This document shows, piece after piece, positions 37,649 to 50,470 of a DNA stretch of 64,000 bases. This stretch comes from Gekko japonicus. Its lineage: Eukaryota. The stretch is taken from positions 1,008,226 to 1,072,225 of the forward strand of contig NW_015164194.1 in NCBI RefSeq assembly GCF_001447785.1, written 5' to 3'. Under the pieces are notes generated by a model. It worked only from the letters and a program-made list of their open reading frames with translations. It was not told where the DNA came from and did no database searches. The translations under genes were made by a program, and so were the position numbers. Every line of letters begins with the position of its first letter. Positions within the stretch are counted from its first letter, which is position 1.

Positions 37649-39170
37649 ATAGATCTATGGATTGAAGTAGCGGCTGTTAAAACCCTAGGTGACGTAAAGG
37701 CTTCAATATGCATTTATCGGTTCTTGACTTTCGTTCCTGAGCACATTAGGCTCCCTCTTATAGACAAGAGCCCTTCTACCCTTCAGGAAGCTTTTGGCCC
37801 TTGGGCTGGCTGAGGCATATGGAGGGCAGAGAGCCAACACCTATCATGGTTGGAGCCCGGGGGAATCTCCAAAACTCCCACCATGGTCTGGGGAGCAGCC
37901 AGAAGTGAAAGAAGGACCACCCCACCAACAGCGCCCTGAATCGCCAAGTGCTGGTGTGCAGTTGCCAACAGGAGATGAGAAGGCACCCTGGTGTTATGCC
38001 TGCAGTAAGTTGAGACACACTGGGTGCGTCCAGATGGGGCATTTTAGCCGGCATAAACTGCTCCGGTTGGAACCGGAGCAGTTTGATCCAGAAGAAACGC
38101 GATCACTCTTACCTCCTGACTACGCAGCACATTGTGCTATGCCCGTCCACACTTCAGGCGCTCAATAGAGCATGTCGGCGGGTTTTAAAAATTTTTTTAC
38201 ACAGTTTGCACATGCGCATAGGCAGGCTTCCTTATAATGAAGATCTTTGCACAGGTGCAGAACAACCCAACCCGGAAAGCATGCCTTGAAGCAAAGATGT
38301 CCCTTTAAATTTTTACTCTGAAACTGGCCTCCGTGAGGTCCCAGACTCGTCTAAAGCCTTACACTAGGCCTTTTCTTTCTTTTTTTTACAAACTCCAGGG
38401 CAAAGCCTCGCCCAAGCGCACATCGAGGAGACTTAAAAAAAATGACGGCTGAAAAGCGGAAGCCTCGGGCTTCTGAATGGAAGTGGCTAGACACCGGCGG
38501 AGAGCGATCAGATGGGGATAATGCAGTTGGAACTGGTGCACTCAGGATACCACCACTTGGGGACCTAGTAGCAGAATACAACGGTTTAAAGTTGTTTGCA
38601 ACAGTTAGGGACGGAAGGCAGATGTTCGCCATGTGATTGCCCGTAAGTACACCGATTCCAACCGACTTCTATACCGGCATAAATGCCCCGTCTGAACGCA
38701 CCCACTGAAAGTCGGTATCCTAAGTCAAACACTAGCTTATACCATATGATTCCAGTGGGCCCCCACCCCATTCCTCCTGAGTTTGAATATATCCCTTGGC
38801 GCCAACATAAGGGAGTCAACTGTGGACAGATGTGGTGTTACAGCCTGGCAAGACACTGGCTCTCTGTTGACCAACCTCCACCACTGTCTCATGGATCCTA
38901 AGTATCTTGTCCCAGGTGAAGAAAGGTGGGTATGGCACCTCCAGGAAGTCAATGGGATTGCTCTCCCAGTGGCCAGGATACCTATCCAATACGAGGGGTG
39001 GAGTGGAAAATTGAAGGTTGCTGTGTATGAACGCACCCCTGTGGCTATGTTTGAAGGGGAAGATCTCGCAGAACACATACTTTGGTAGGAAGGACAAAAT
39101 AGAGGTAATGGTCAGCACAGCACGGAAGGAGAGGCAGGCAAGCTGTTAAAAGGAGCAACTGAGTCAGAAC
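37649..39170 (+). mobile_element. Ty3/Gypsy gag-protease remnant (Gmr1/SCAN-like capsid)
   Basis: RFLTFVPEHIR...PSTLQEA..LAEAY; Zn knuckle CYACSKLRH split by a MITE; protease motif QDTGS. Confidence 0.75.
38022..38703. mobile_element. Harbinger-like MITE
   Basis: TIR GGGTGCGTCCAGATGGGGCATTT / AAATGCCCCGTCTGAACGCACCC; 3-bp TSD ACT. Confidence 0.85.
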
Positions 39171-41030
39171 ACTAATATTGATGTTTAACTTTCTTTGACT
39201 CTTTTACCACTCTTCCTCCTGTACTTTTCCTATTACTCTTTGACTGAAGTTAAAGATCAATGTAGCATTTTAAGAGTGTGTGGGGGAGAGGTTATCACTG
39301 ATGTCCACCAAAAATATGTACTTTTTTCTTCCTATGCCCTTGCAAACTGTGACCAAAGTGTTCAGCGCATTTCAGGCTGAATGCATAAAGCCGGTTCTTC
39401 CTCTTAGAAGGGAGATGAATCCTAATTTTAGAGTTTCTTTCTGCTCTGGGATCCTGTTAGCTGGTATTTGTAGGATTCTGGACATTGATTACTAGAGCAA
39501 CAACTTGTAGGATTATCATAGCTAAGAAAACACCTGAGCAATTTTACAACTGTTTTGGAAACCTTTTTAAAAATAGTTGTAAAGTATATGTATCTGTGCA
39601 TAAATGCATATATGTATCTTTTTAAAGAGATAAATGTGTACAAGCCTACCAGATGAACCCCACATTTTGAGAGGTATTTTCTTTTTAAACTTTTTAAAAA
39701 CTGGAGAATGTTTTCCCTTCCTAGGTTTAGAGCTAACATTTGGAACGTCTTTTCTAAAGGAGAAAAAAAAGCTCTTTTTCTTTGACTGCCACCCCCCACC
39801 CCAAATAAGACCCCTTCTAATTCTGTTGACGTTTGCCTAGCTCCCAGATCTCAAGGTGGTATTGAAATGTCAACAATTTCATTGATGTTTGGGGAAAATA
39901 ATTTTAAGTCCCTCTCCAGCTTCACCTTTGTTTGGCTTCTGCATGATAAATTTGCCTGATCCTGTTGGTGAGTTTGCTTAACATGGCTGAGTTATTTGGC
40001 ATTTACCTGTGACTTCCTGTGGACTCTCTTTTTACTGGGTTGGGTCCAGTCAACTTTTTCACTTAACCTCTCCCAATTACCCTCCCTAATACAGTTCCTC
40101 TCCCAAAGGTTATTTGTATATACAGGTGCCATGATCCCCAGCATGGTTTTTCTTCTTGGGCAAACAGCATCCTTTCCTTTTTTCCCCACCAATGGAAATT
40201 TTCGTTCAGGTGGGTAGCCATGTTGGTCTGAAGCAGCAGAACAAAGTTTGAGTTATATTCCATCGAGCATACAATGACTTTCACTCCACCATCAACCTGA
40301 CAATGAACCAATCAATGCAAGAAATATATTTTCTCAACAATACTGTAAAAATACACAATGGATACATAGACATCACCTTATACTGGAAACCCACTGACCA
40401 ACAAACATACCGACATGCCTCCAGGTAGCATCCTAAACATCCCAAACAATCCATTGTATACAGTCGGGCTCTACTCTACAGCCACATCTGCTCCAGTTCT
40501 ACAGACAGAGATTGTCACCTGAGGGATCTACAACAATGTAGATCTCAAGTCTCCACCTAATGAAGTCAAGAAACAGGTTAACAAAGCCAGAATGGTACCC
40601 AGAGAAAACCTGTTGCAAGGCACACCCAAGGCACTAGTGGTAACATACAGCTATCAACTCAAAACAATTCAATGCCATCATCAGCGACTTACAACCTCTA
40701 CTGGATAATGAGAGTTCTCTTTCACAAGTACTGGATGGCAATTTTTTTCTTGTGCACAGACAGCCCCCCAAACTCAAACAACTCCTCACCCACAGTAATA
40801 CAATTTGAACATATAGCAGATCTTGCAATAAACCCAGATGCCAACTTTGCTGTCATATACACTCAGGCAACACAATCACTGGACCTAACAACATCAACTA
40901 CACCATCTCAGGCTTATTCACTTGCTCATCATTTGACATTGCATATGCCATTAAATACCAACAGTGCCCTTCGGTTCTCTACATAGGGCAAACAGGTCAA
41001 ACCCTATGACAAAGGATAAATGGACACAGA

Positions 41031-41381
41031 TAGCAGCTGGTAGGGAGGGGGAAACTGCTTGGAATGTTTAGTTTCATTTCTCGTGCTGTCTTAGTGATGC
41101 TCCTTTATCTATTTGTTTTATGTGCCTGACCTTGAGTGCCTACCTGTAACACCATCTCTGGGAAAGTGGGACCATTACATTCTGGTGGGCCCTTTCTATT
41201 GCCCTGATTGGCTCTATCCCGCCCAGTGACCCCCTTTGAACATTGTATATCCATTCACCCCATGCTTTTACTTTAGTCTTAACACAGAACCTGGAGTAGA
41301 CATGCTCTGCCAATACTATATCAATAAACTTTCCTTCTGAAGAAGCAATTTGTTGGTTCTGATTTTTGCAGGAGTCTGACA
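41031..41381 (+). mobile_element. Solo LTR inside the Penelope GIY-YIG region
   Basis: Interrupts NGH/KSDIK; TSD ACAGA/ACAAA; ends TGACA; ATTGG box and AATAAA at 41323. Confidence 0.7.
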
Positions 41382-42108
41382 ACAAATCTGACATCAAGAA
41401 TCACAAGACTGAGAAACCTGTAGGAGAACAACTTTCCAGGACATTCAGTGGGTGACCTCCAAGTAGCTGTTTTGTTGCAAAGGAATTTCAGGAACAGAAA
41501 AGGGACATTGCTGAGTTGCAAGTTATCACAACTCTCAGAAAAATGGAATTCCCCAAGACTTAACAGGGATATTGGTTTGTTATCTCACTACATATGCTAA
41601 CCACATTCAGTCCTTGCATCTGTATTCTCACCAATCCCCTAGAAGGGCCATACATCCTCATTATGTTATTATAGTTCTTATTTGAAATAGTAGATTAGAA
41701 TAGTAGATCGTAATGTAACATAATGAATAGTAGAATATAACGTAATTTGGAATGGTAGATTAGAATGTATTTTTCTGGGGACAGGGGAGATAATTCTCGA
41801 CAGCCAATTACCCCACTTCAAAGAAGAAGATGCTGTAAGGGAGTTTCCATGCTTGAGAGGAGACTGATGGCGCATAATGGCAGGGTCTCAATCAAGGAAA
41901 CATCTGCCCATCAATCTCCAATTCGTACATATTTATTTCCTTCACTATGGTTTTCCCTGGAATTAAACCCAGACAAATTGTAACCATATAAACTAAACTT
42001 GTTATTCCTGTTTTGTCCTTGAATTTGTTAATCATCTTCAGTATGCTGTATGCTAATTTACTGCTCACCCTCTACCTATATGTGTGGACTGGTAATTTCC
42101 ATTTCGTT

Positions 42109-42146
42109 GTATCTGAAGAAGTGTGCATGCACATGAAAGTTCATAC
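42109..42146 (+). ncRNA. Minimal type I hammerhead ribozyme motif in Penelope pLTR
   Basis: GTAT-CTGAAGA-A-GTGTGC at GCACAT-GAAA-gt-TC-ATAC: stem I, catalytic core, stem II and minimal stem III. Confidence 0.7.
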
Positions 42147-43597
42147 TTTGTGGGGGGGGAACTTTGTTGGTCTCAAAGGTTCTACTGGACTCAAACTTTG
42201 TTCAGAAATTTTGGTTGTCTGTCTTGTTAAGGGCCTGTGTGTACCACCACATGGAATCATCACAATGACCCTGGGGACCTGGATCCTGTAAAGCAGCTCA
42301 CCCACCCTGCACATTAATCACTGCATTCATTCACCAACCTCATCCTTCAGATATTGGATCTATTGTACATTCCTTCTACACACACCTTCCAATAAATTAA
42401 AGAGATCCATATATATTCATGCAGATTCAGCCTAACGGTATGCATAAATTACTTCTTGAAAGATAACAGTAACCCAAATGAAAGAAATGTCTGTACGATG
42501 TATTATTTATGATGTTATCACTTGCCTTCCATAGGTTCAGATTAGCAACATCTATAAACTATGTGGCCGCGGATGCTCTGTCTGAGATCACATGAGCCTT
42601 AGTGTGTCTTTTCACATTCACGCCACCACATAATACAGTGATCGTGTCAGATGGTCATCCAAAAGAAATGCCGACAAGCAGGATTCCTCCAATGACTCAC
42701 GTGTAAGAAGACTTCTATTGTTCCGTATTTGTAATGAACTGTGGAATGATATTATACAGTCAAAGGATAATATTAGTGTTTCAGGAGGTCAGATGGCCTA
42801 TCAGTTCCATATACAGGAAACCAGGGGGAGATGACACATTTGAGCTGTGGCAAGAAACAACTGTTAGCCTACTGTTTCCAATAATGTATCTGTGTCATGC
42901 ACATACATCTTTAAACACCTGCCCATATGTGTCTGGGGACCTGTAGCCCAGACAATCGGAGCTCCTACACTAGTGTCTTTACAAATGTGTGAACAAGTGA
43001 GCATGACACCGACCTTGAACCAAGCGGAAAGAAAGGATATAAATGTTTTAACAAAACAGATAAAATTAATTATGTAGCTTGTGAGTCTGTTTTAAGGCAA
43101 TAGAGTCTATGGCCATTTTCACATAGGTTATTTGCTGTTGGGAAGCGGGGGTGTTCAGGGGTGGGGGCTTCCACACGACATCATGGTATATTTGTGCACC
43201 TTCTAAGGTTTCTCTGGCTTTGCTGCAATCTTTCCCAAACCTGCTTTGGTCCAAAGTTTTGGGGAAAATCACAATAAAGCCTGGATGGATGCTGTGTGTG
43301 GGCAGGAAAGTTTGGATTTTTTCTGGTCCCCCCACAGTGGCCATCTTTATTCAGCAACTGAATATTTTTATATTGATATAGCATTATATGTGCCTCAGAT
43401 TCTCTGAATTCTTATCTTATATCTTTTTAAAAAGTAAGTCTCTATCCCCTTTCTTTGCAAAGCTATAAGGGAAAGATGTATCTCCACAACTAACCGGGCT
43501 GGAGGTTTACTTTTAAAAAAGAAAAGAAAAAGAAAAAGAAAGCTGGGGATTCAGATAATCTGTTAGACATATTGTTATAACATTATATTGATATAAT

Positions 43598-44703
43598 CAG
43601 AGCTATTTGGGGGGTGGAACACCCCGGAACAGTGTTCCAGCTGGCTTCTGAGCCCACCCCGCCTCCTCCCTTGCCCCTGCCCAGGCACATCTGCCCAGGT
43701 GCCCCTGGCCTCACTTCCCTTCTGGCTTCTCCTTGTTCTTGCTCCGCTGGCCCAGGTTTTGTCTCTGTAGGCGGTTGCTGCTCTTCAGCCGGTCTGCGCC
43801 CACCACGGAGCACCCTTTGCTGGTGGGGCCTGGCTCTCCCCGTGTGCTCTCCTGGCCGTGCCACTCTGCTCAGTTCTGTCAGGCCGGCAGCCGTGTCTCT
43901 GCCGTCCTCTGGGGCGACTGCCAGGGTTCCCCGCCACCCTTGCATCGTCCCACTGCCTCCTTTGTTGGCCTCAGACCATGTCTGGGTGAGTTTCACATCG
44001 AGGGGGGGATCCTCTGAGTCCAGAGCCAGCTCTACCATTAGGCCTGACCAACTAAGGCAACCACCTGGAGCGCAGACCTCTGGGGGGAGCCACAGCCTGC
44101 CCAGTAGGGAAGGCAATATGGGAAGGGAGATGATGAGCCAAGAGTGCCCAGTGAGTGATCTAAGGCTGGAGCATCTTGCCGGGGCAGCAGCCGAGCCCGG
44201 GTAGTGCTGTTCGGGTCCTTTTCTAACCACCACTTCTCCTCCTCCTCCCTGCCTTACATGTGTGTCTCTTTCCTTCCTCCGCTCCGCTAGTTTCCCAACC
44301 AGCCCTCAAGAGTGCTGGTCCGCCCTCCGCCCACGGAGAGAGCAGCGCCCCCTGCTTGCCACAGCAATACCACCACACTTGGGCTCCCTTGCCGCCTGCT
44401 GGCCCCACTGCTTGTGAGCCGGAGGCTTTTTATCCAGTGTGGGAATAATTGTTGAACATAAGATATTGGTTCAGGAAAGATTTTGTATAGATGGGACAGA
44501 AAATAATGTGTTTTTTGGTTTTGTCAAAACCATTTTGACAACAAAAAAGTAAACAGAATAAGAAGCAAAAGGTGGGTGTGGCTGGATGACCACACTTCTG
44601 GTGACATGGGGGGTGGCCGAATATGCTAATGAATTTCTGCTGTTGGGTGTGGCCTATTATGCTAATGAGTTCCTGCTCGGCCTTTTCTACAAAAACAGTC
44701 CTA
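43598..44703. mobile_element. 1.1-kb non-autonomous hAT element with GC-rich interior
   Basis: Exact 8-bp TSD GATATAAT; degenerate TIRs; gctaatgag subterminal repeats. Confidence 0.75.
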
Positions 44704-44846
44704 GATATAATGATATTTAATTGCCAACTTTAAAAAATATGAAAAGGCTCTGGTGGTGTGTGTGGGGGGGAATGATCCATGCCAGGGGACCAGGCAGTAA
44801 ACCCATGGGGAAAGCTCCCATATGGAAGCCCCATTGCCACTGTATT

Positions 44847-45164
44847 TGTTAAGTACGAGACTCAACACAGCTTTTCCAAAACAGTGATTCAGCTTTATTA
44901 GATAGGTGAAGAACGAACACAAACAAGGGAGCAACAGGCTCACTTTTAAACTGTCCGGGCTTGGGTAACCACGCCCATCTGTCAGATAACAACCAATCCT
45001 TAAGCATAGATAACAACCAACAAACAGGTTTCCCTCCAGAACCTTTTCTGATGCTCTGATTGGTAAGCTGTTTGGAGCGCCCAATCAGATTGTATACTTC
45101 TGGATACTGGGGCAAGATAGAGCTTTTGACTCAAGCTCTGCCGTATGTAGTTGAATACATAACA
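44847..45164 (-). mobile_element. Solo LTR
   Basis: TGTTA...TAACA; exact 5-bp TSD GTATT. Confidence 0.85.
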
Positions 45165-45522
45165 GTATTGGCAGCTGCAGCAGCAATGGGGCAACTACAC
45201 ATGCTTGTCCCTGTGTAGAAAACTCCTGGGCCAGGGCAGGGGGTCTCCAACAGGTAGCTGATACTAGCTTGTTCTTCCCTTAGAACACCCGGGAAAAGGT
45301 TGTGAACAGATCTGCTCCAGACTTTTTTTTAAAGTAATATTTTTTTTTATTAGACAATAGCTTCATTTCTGGTGCTCTTCTTAGTCCATGTTCTGTTTCT
45401 AGGACAGAACATAACTTGGTAATGCATATGTGTGTAGGGGGATACTTGAGATATGTTTCATTACTCAGAAGTAGCTCTCATGAGAGAAAAGGTTGCTAGC
45501 TCCTGACCTACATACTATGACT

Positions 45523-45741
45523 TAGGGTTGCCTGATTTGGGTTGGGAAGATCCTGGAGGTTTTGGGGATGGAGCCTGCATACTGCGTGTTTTGGGGTTGG
45601 GAGGGACCTCAGTGGAATATAATGCCATAGAGTCCACCTTCCAAAGCAGCCATTGTCTCCAGAGGAATAGATCTCTGTAACCTGGAGACCAACTGTAATT
45701 CCAGGAGATCTCCAGCAACCACCTGGAGAATGGCAACCTTA
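45523..45741. mobile_element. TAGGGTTGCC hAT MITE
   Basis: Exact TSD CTATGACT; more degenerate copies at ~36145-36472, 46757-46965 and 59966-60222. Confidence 0.88.
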
Positions 45742-46248
45742 CTATGACTATCAATTTTTCAGAGGATTGTCTCCTGAAACGTCTCCAGGGTTGCTACACC
45801 AGATAAAACTGAATTTCAGTGAGAAGCATGTAGTTGCATAATGAGCACTTGGGATTCTCACAGGAAGAATTCCCAACAGACTGTGCCATTTGATCCGCCT
45901 CTTCTCAGTGCTCAAGGACAAACTCGGATGAGGCAATAAGCAAATCTGATCGTCATGCTGCAACACATCTTGTTGGAACTGGAGCCTAAAATAAGGATGG
46001 GTGGAAGCACTGCAGCTGCCTGACAAGTATGACCGAAAAATGATGTGAGTAACCTTTCAACAAATGAGTAGCCCTAGAAGATTGCCTGAATCAGAATTTA
46101 CACGTTTAAGTAAGGCTTTCAGGATTTCTCATTAAGTAATAATGATGTTTTGTTTCGCAGGACAGGAATCATCCACTGGAAACTTCAACAAAATTGATAA
46201 CCAAAGATATTAATGTAGGCTATTAATCCACAAACACCACCTATATAC

Positions 46249-46696
46249 TGTCAGGATCCTGGTTAAATCTGTTCTCAACACCAGTCACTTCGAAGAAAGC
46301 TCACTTTATTGAGACTTTGATAAATACCATACTGGACTTGAGCTATTGTTAGAACTGAAGTTGAATGTGCGAAGGTTACAGATTAGTGGATTCAAGTAAG
46401 GGCACTAAAGATCAGGACCCAATCACCCCACAGTATTTGCCTGTCAGAATTAACAATCAACTGCCCCCCCACTAAGCACGTACCTCTCCCAGAGCATCCC
46501 TCCAACCAAAACTAACAGTTGCCTACCCCCCCCCCTCAGACACGTAGCCTCTACATTGCAAGAAAAACAGAATAACAGACATTTATAAGCCAGGACATTT
46601 GGCCCATCTAAGGTGACAAGCCTCTGACACATCAAAGAGAGAGGAACCCCCTCTCTCAATGGCAGGCAAGCTGTACATTGCATAGGGAGCCTGACA
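46249..46696 (-). mobile_element. Solo LTR
   Basis: TGTCAGG...CCTGACA; exact 5-bp TSD TATAC. Confidence 0.9.
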
Positions 46697-47447
46697 TATA
46701 CATTAGGCACTATTAGATTTGGAAAATCATAGAAAGTTTTTCTGACCTCTTCAGGTGTAGATTGCCAACTCTAGGTTGGGAAATTCCTGTAAATTTGGTG
46801 GGTGGAGCCTGGGGAAGGTAGAGTTTGGGGAGCAACTAGTCCTCCATGGGGTATAATGCTATACCCTCCAAAGCAGAAATTTGTCTAGGGAAATGGATCT
46901 CTCATCTGGAGATCAGTTGTGATTCTGGGAGATCTCCAGGCTGCACCTGGAGGTTGGCAACCCTACCAGAGACAGGCCATTCCACAAAGTGGAGGGCTAC
47001 AACAGAGAAAGCACATGTATCTTGCCCATTGGCAGGGTGGCACCTGCAGAAGGCCCAGAAAAATAAGCAGAGCTGTTGTGGCAGAACATAGGAGGAGAGT
47101 CAGTCCTGCAGATATGAGGGTCCAAGGCCATCCTGGGCTTCATATGGGGTAACTCCTCTTCAGACGTGCATTACCATTTCTACAAACGATGTGTTGATAG
47201 TTGACTCATAAAGTGCACCCATCCCAACAACTTGTGCATGACAGAACAAATTAGCAGCGTCCGGGATTGTGAAAACTCTAATTTCACTTCATGAGTAAAA
47301 GCGTAGTGACTTATAGGCACACCCGTCTTCATTCGTAACTAGATGAGCCAAGCAAATGGAAGAGTTTTTTTTTTCCCAAGTAGGCAATAGTTATGTGTGG
47401 TAGCAAATAAAATAGCAAATGCTTTTTGCTGTCACTATGAGTCTTTT

Positions 47448-47662
47448 GCCCTGACTTGGACAGCTCATCCTAGCCCAGTCTTGTCAGATCTCAGAAGGTA
47501 AGCAGGGGCCGCCTTGCCCAGTATTTGGTTGGGGGACCACCTCCGAGGAATACCAGGGTTGTGACACGAGGCAGGCGATGACAAACCACCTCTGAATGTC
47601 TCTAGCCTTGAAAATCCTACAAGGTCACCATTAGTCAGCTGTGACTGGATGGCACTTTCCAC
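47448..47662 (+). mobile_element. 5S-derived SINE with RTE-like tail
   Basis: 5S-like head plus aaaccacctctgaa...ccttgaaaa tail; other copies at 50471-50652 (+), 52143-52340 (-) and 60756-60958 (-). Confidence 0.75.
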
Positions 47663-47851
47663 CGCCATCAGCCTTTCTATAGAAAGTCAAAAAGGTCCCC
47701 AAGGTGCTAATGATAAAAATCAAAGTTAACCAGGGCAATCCTAAACAGTCTCATACCCTTGACTTCAGTGGCTTTAAAGAGGTGTAACTCTGTTTAGGAG
47801 TTGTGGTGTTAGATTAATAAATTACAATGAAAAGCAACAATAATTAAAAAT

Positions 47852-48665
47852 AACATAGCAGAACATAACAGAAGCCAACGTTGGATCAGGCCAATGGCCC
47901 ATCTAGTCCAACACTCTGTCACAGTGGCCAAAAATACCAGGGGCCATCAGAAGGTCCAGCAGTGGGGCCAGGACACTAGAAGCCCTCCCACTGTTGCCCC
48001 CCCCCAAGCACCAAGAATACAGAGCATCACTTGCCCCAGAGGAGAGTTCTTATCTATACCTTGTGGCTAATAGCCACTGATGGACTTCTGCTCCATATGC
48101 TTATCTAATTCCCTCTAGAAGCCGTCCATGCTTGTAGCCGCCACCACCTCCTGTGGCAGTGAATTCCATGTGTTAATCACTCTTTGGGTGAAGAAGTACT
48201 TCCTTTTATCTGTTCTAACCTGACTGCTCAGCAATTTCATCGAGTGCCCAGGAGTTCTTGTATTGTGAGAAAGGGAGAAAAGGACTTCTTTCTCTGCCTG
48301 CTCTATCCCATGCATAATCTTATAAACCTCGATCATGTCAACCCTCAGTCGTTGTTTCTCCAAGCTAAAGAGCCCCAAGCGTTTTAACCTTTCTTCATAG
48401 GGAAAATGTTCCAACCCTTTGATCATTGTAGTTGCCCTTTTCTGCACTTTTTCCAATGCTATAATATCCTTTTTGAGGTGTGGTGACCAGAACTGTACAC
48501 AGTACTCCAAATGAGGTCGCACCATTGATTTATACAGGGGTATTATGATACTGGCTGATTTGTTTTCAGTTCCCTTCCTAATAAGCCCCAGCATAGTGTT
48601 GGCGTTTCTTATTGCAGTTGTACACTGTCTAGACATTTTCATTGAGTTATCTACTATGACACCAA
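47852..48665 (-). mobile_element. CR1 LINE 3' fragment
   Basis: ORF 48115-48642: PLYKSMVRPHLEYCVQFWSP...EKVQKRAT...WNSLPQEVV. Confidence 0.93.
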
Positions 48666-49049
48666 GTAGAATTTTTGCTCACAAGATTCTACAGCTTAGA
48701 GGGAGCATTGGTCTCAGGTGAAGGTCTTTCACGTCATCTCCTACTCTCACCTGGTCCTTTTACCTGGAAACACTGGGGATTGAACCTGGGACCTTGGTGC
48801 ATGCCAAGCAGATGCTCTGCCACTGAGCCGCTGGCCCCTCCCGAGGGGAGAGGAGAGGAGAGAGTTCCAAAGTCACGAGAAGCAGGGAACTAAATCCCAG
48901 TCCCAGTTCTACACTCAGGGTAGTTGTGGTAGTTAAAGTGAGGTTTATGAATATATAAATGTTTATGAATATAAATACTACACTAAAAACGAACGGCTAT
49001 GGTCTCCCAATCCGGCAGTTCATCTCCAGGGCCTTCTAGTACGATGATA

Positions 49050-49218
49050 AGAAGCTGCCTTATACTGAATCAGACCCATCAAAGTCAGTATTGTCTACTC
49101 ATACTGGCAGCGGCTCTCTAGGCTCTCAGTCATTCACATCACCTACTACCTGGTCCTTGAACCCAAGACTCTGTACATGCAAAGCAGATGATCTACCATT
49201 GAGCCACAGCCCTTCCCC
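49050..49218 (-). mobile_element. tRNA-Ala-derived SINE
   Basis: Minus-strand head ggggctgtggctcaatggtaga; related copies at 48710-48842 and 60222-60418 end in ggcatctcca. Confidence 0.7.
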
Positions 49219-49360
49219 TGAAGTCAGTACAATGATGGCTTCAGCTTAGTTGTGAAGGCCTATAAGGAATGAATTTGTCTCACCTCCAGGGAGAAGAAGT
49301 TTTAGAACTTGGGGTCATAGGCTGAAAAGGACCTTCAAGGCATCCCAGTCACATCACTAC

Positions 49361-49566
49361 CAATGTTCCCTCTAAGCTGTGGAGTCTTGTGAGCAAAATT
49401 TCTACTTTGTGAGCTACCGGCACTAAATTTGTGAGTAAGTAATTCAGCTACTGCATTAATTAGTTTGCTCTGGAGCCATCCTTCCTGAGCGAAGACAAAA
49501 ATGTGTGAACCGGAGGCTAAAAAACTGTGAGTTAGCTCACACTAACTCAGCTTAGAGGGAACACTG
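49361..49566. mobile_element. hAT MITE
   Basis: TIR CAATGTTCCCTCTAAGCTG / CAGCTTAGAGGGAACACTG; exact 8-bp TSD ATCACTAC. Confidence 0.92.
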
Positions 49567-49872
49567 ATCACTACAGGTTTCTGCAACAAGGTACCATATT
49601 TGAATCTCAGAGTTCAAGCACATTGCTATGGACAAAGGAGCTCCTTGGTGCTTACATTATAGGATGTGCAAATTATATCTTGTGAGCTGTGCTTAGAGCA
49701 GATTGGCATTACTTTATCTGTTCCATCAAGCAGTGCTATATCTCATTTACATTTTGGTATCTGGTTGACCGTCTTGGTCCGAGGTAAGTGGGCTGTGTGC
49801 TGGAGTACACAAAGTAAGCTTTTGAAGGTCACATTATACAGCTGTGTACTCTCACAAATACTAAGGCAATAT

Positions 49873-50470
49873 AGTTGGGATAAATTTCAGTCGGTTAATA
49901 TTCTTCAACTATCCAGCTGGGCAATTCCCCAGCAAATTGGAAAATAACATGATGAATTAGGCACACACACACCCCACCTCTCACCTGGGACAGCAGTTTC
50001 AGGGACAGTAAATAAAACCCCACCCTTACCTGGGTGTTCTAGCTGCTGGATAGTCAGCAGAGTAAAAAGAAGGAAGGCAGCCACACATGCGTATTTAGTT
50101 TAAGAGAAAGACGTTACTAGGACATAAGGGAAAAAAGGTTTACATGAAAATAGCAAAGATCCTGACTAGCCTTTCTATTCTACATCTTGTCAGTGTGTTT
50201 GCTAGATCTCGTGTGAGAACAAAGGAGACAGAAAGTTTCCCCAAAGCCCCCAACTTCCTGTGTACACGACAAAATGCATGTAGCACCCCAATAAAATTGA
50301 TCATCCAATAGCTGGTCCTGATCCCATTTCATTAGGAATATCACCTCACTTTCTCTGGTGGGAAATAGGTGTCTATTTGGTCCTAAGTTAACTAGCTAAG
50401 AATTAGCATACATAAACAAACAGGTTAACTCTTTCATGACTGAAGGAAGTGAACTTGCAATATCCCAACA
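49873..50470. mobile_element. Probable solo LTR
   Basis: Inverted ends GTTGGGATA...TATCCCAACA; no TSD seen. Confidence 0.45.

Larger units (their letters stand above)
40205..42205 (+). mobile_element. Penelope-like element (RT C-terminus and GIY-YIG), degenerate, with nested inserts
   Basis: YIGQTGQTL...INGH / KSDIKNHKTEKPVGEH; inverted pLTR piece at the 5' end and pLTR tail at the 3' end. Confidence 0.88.
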
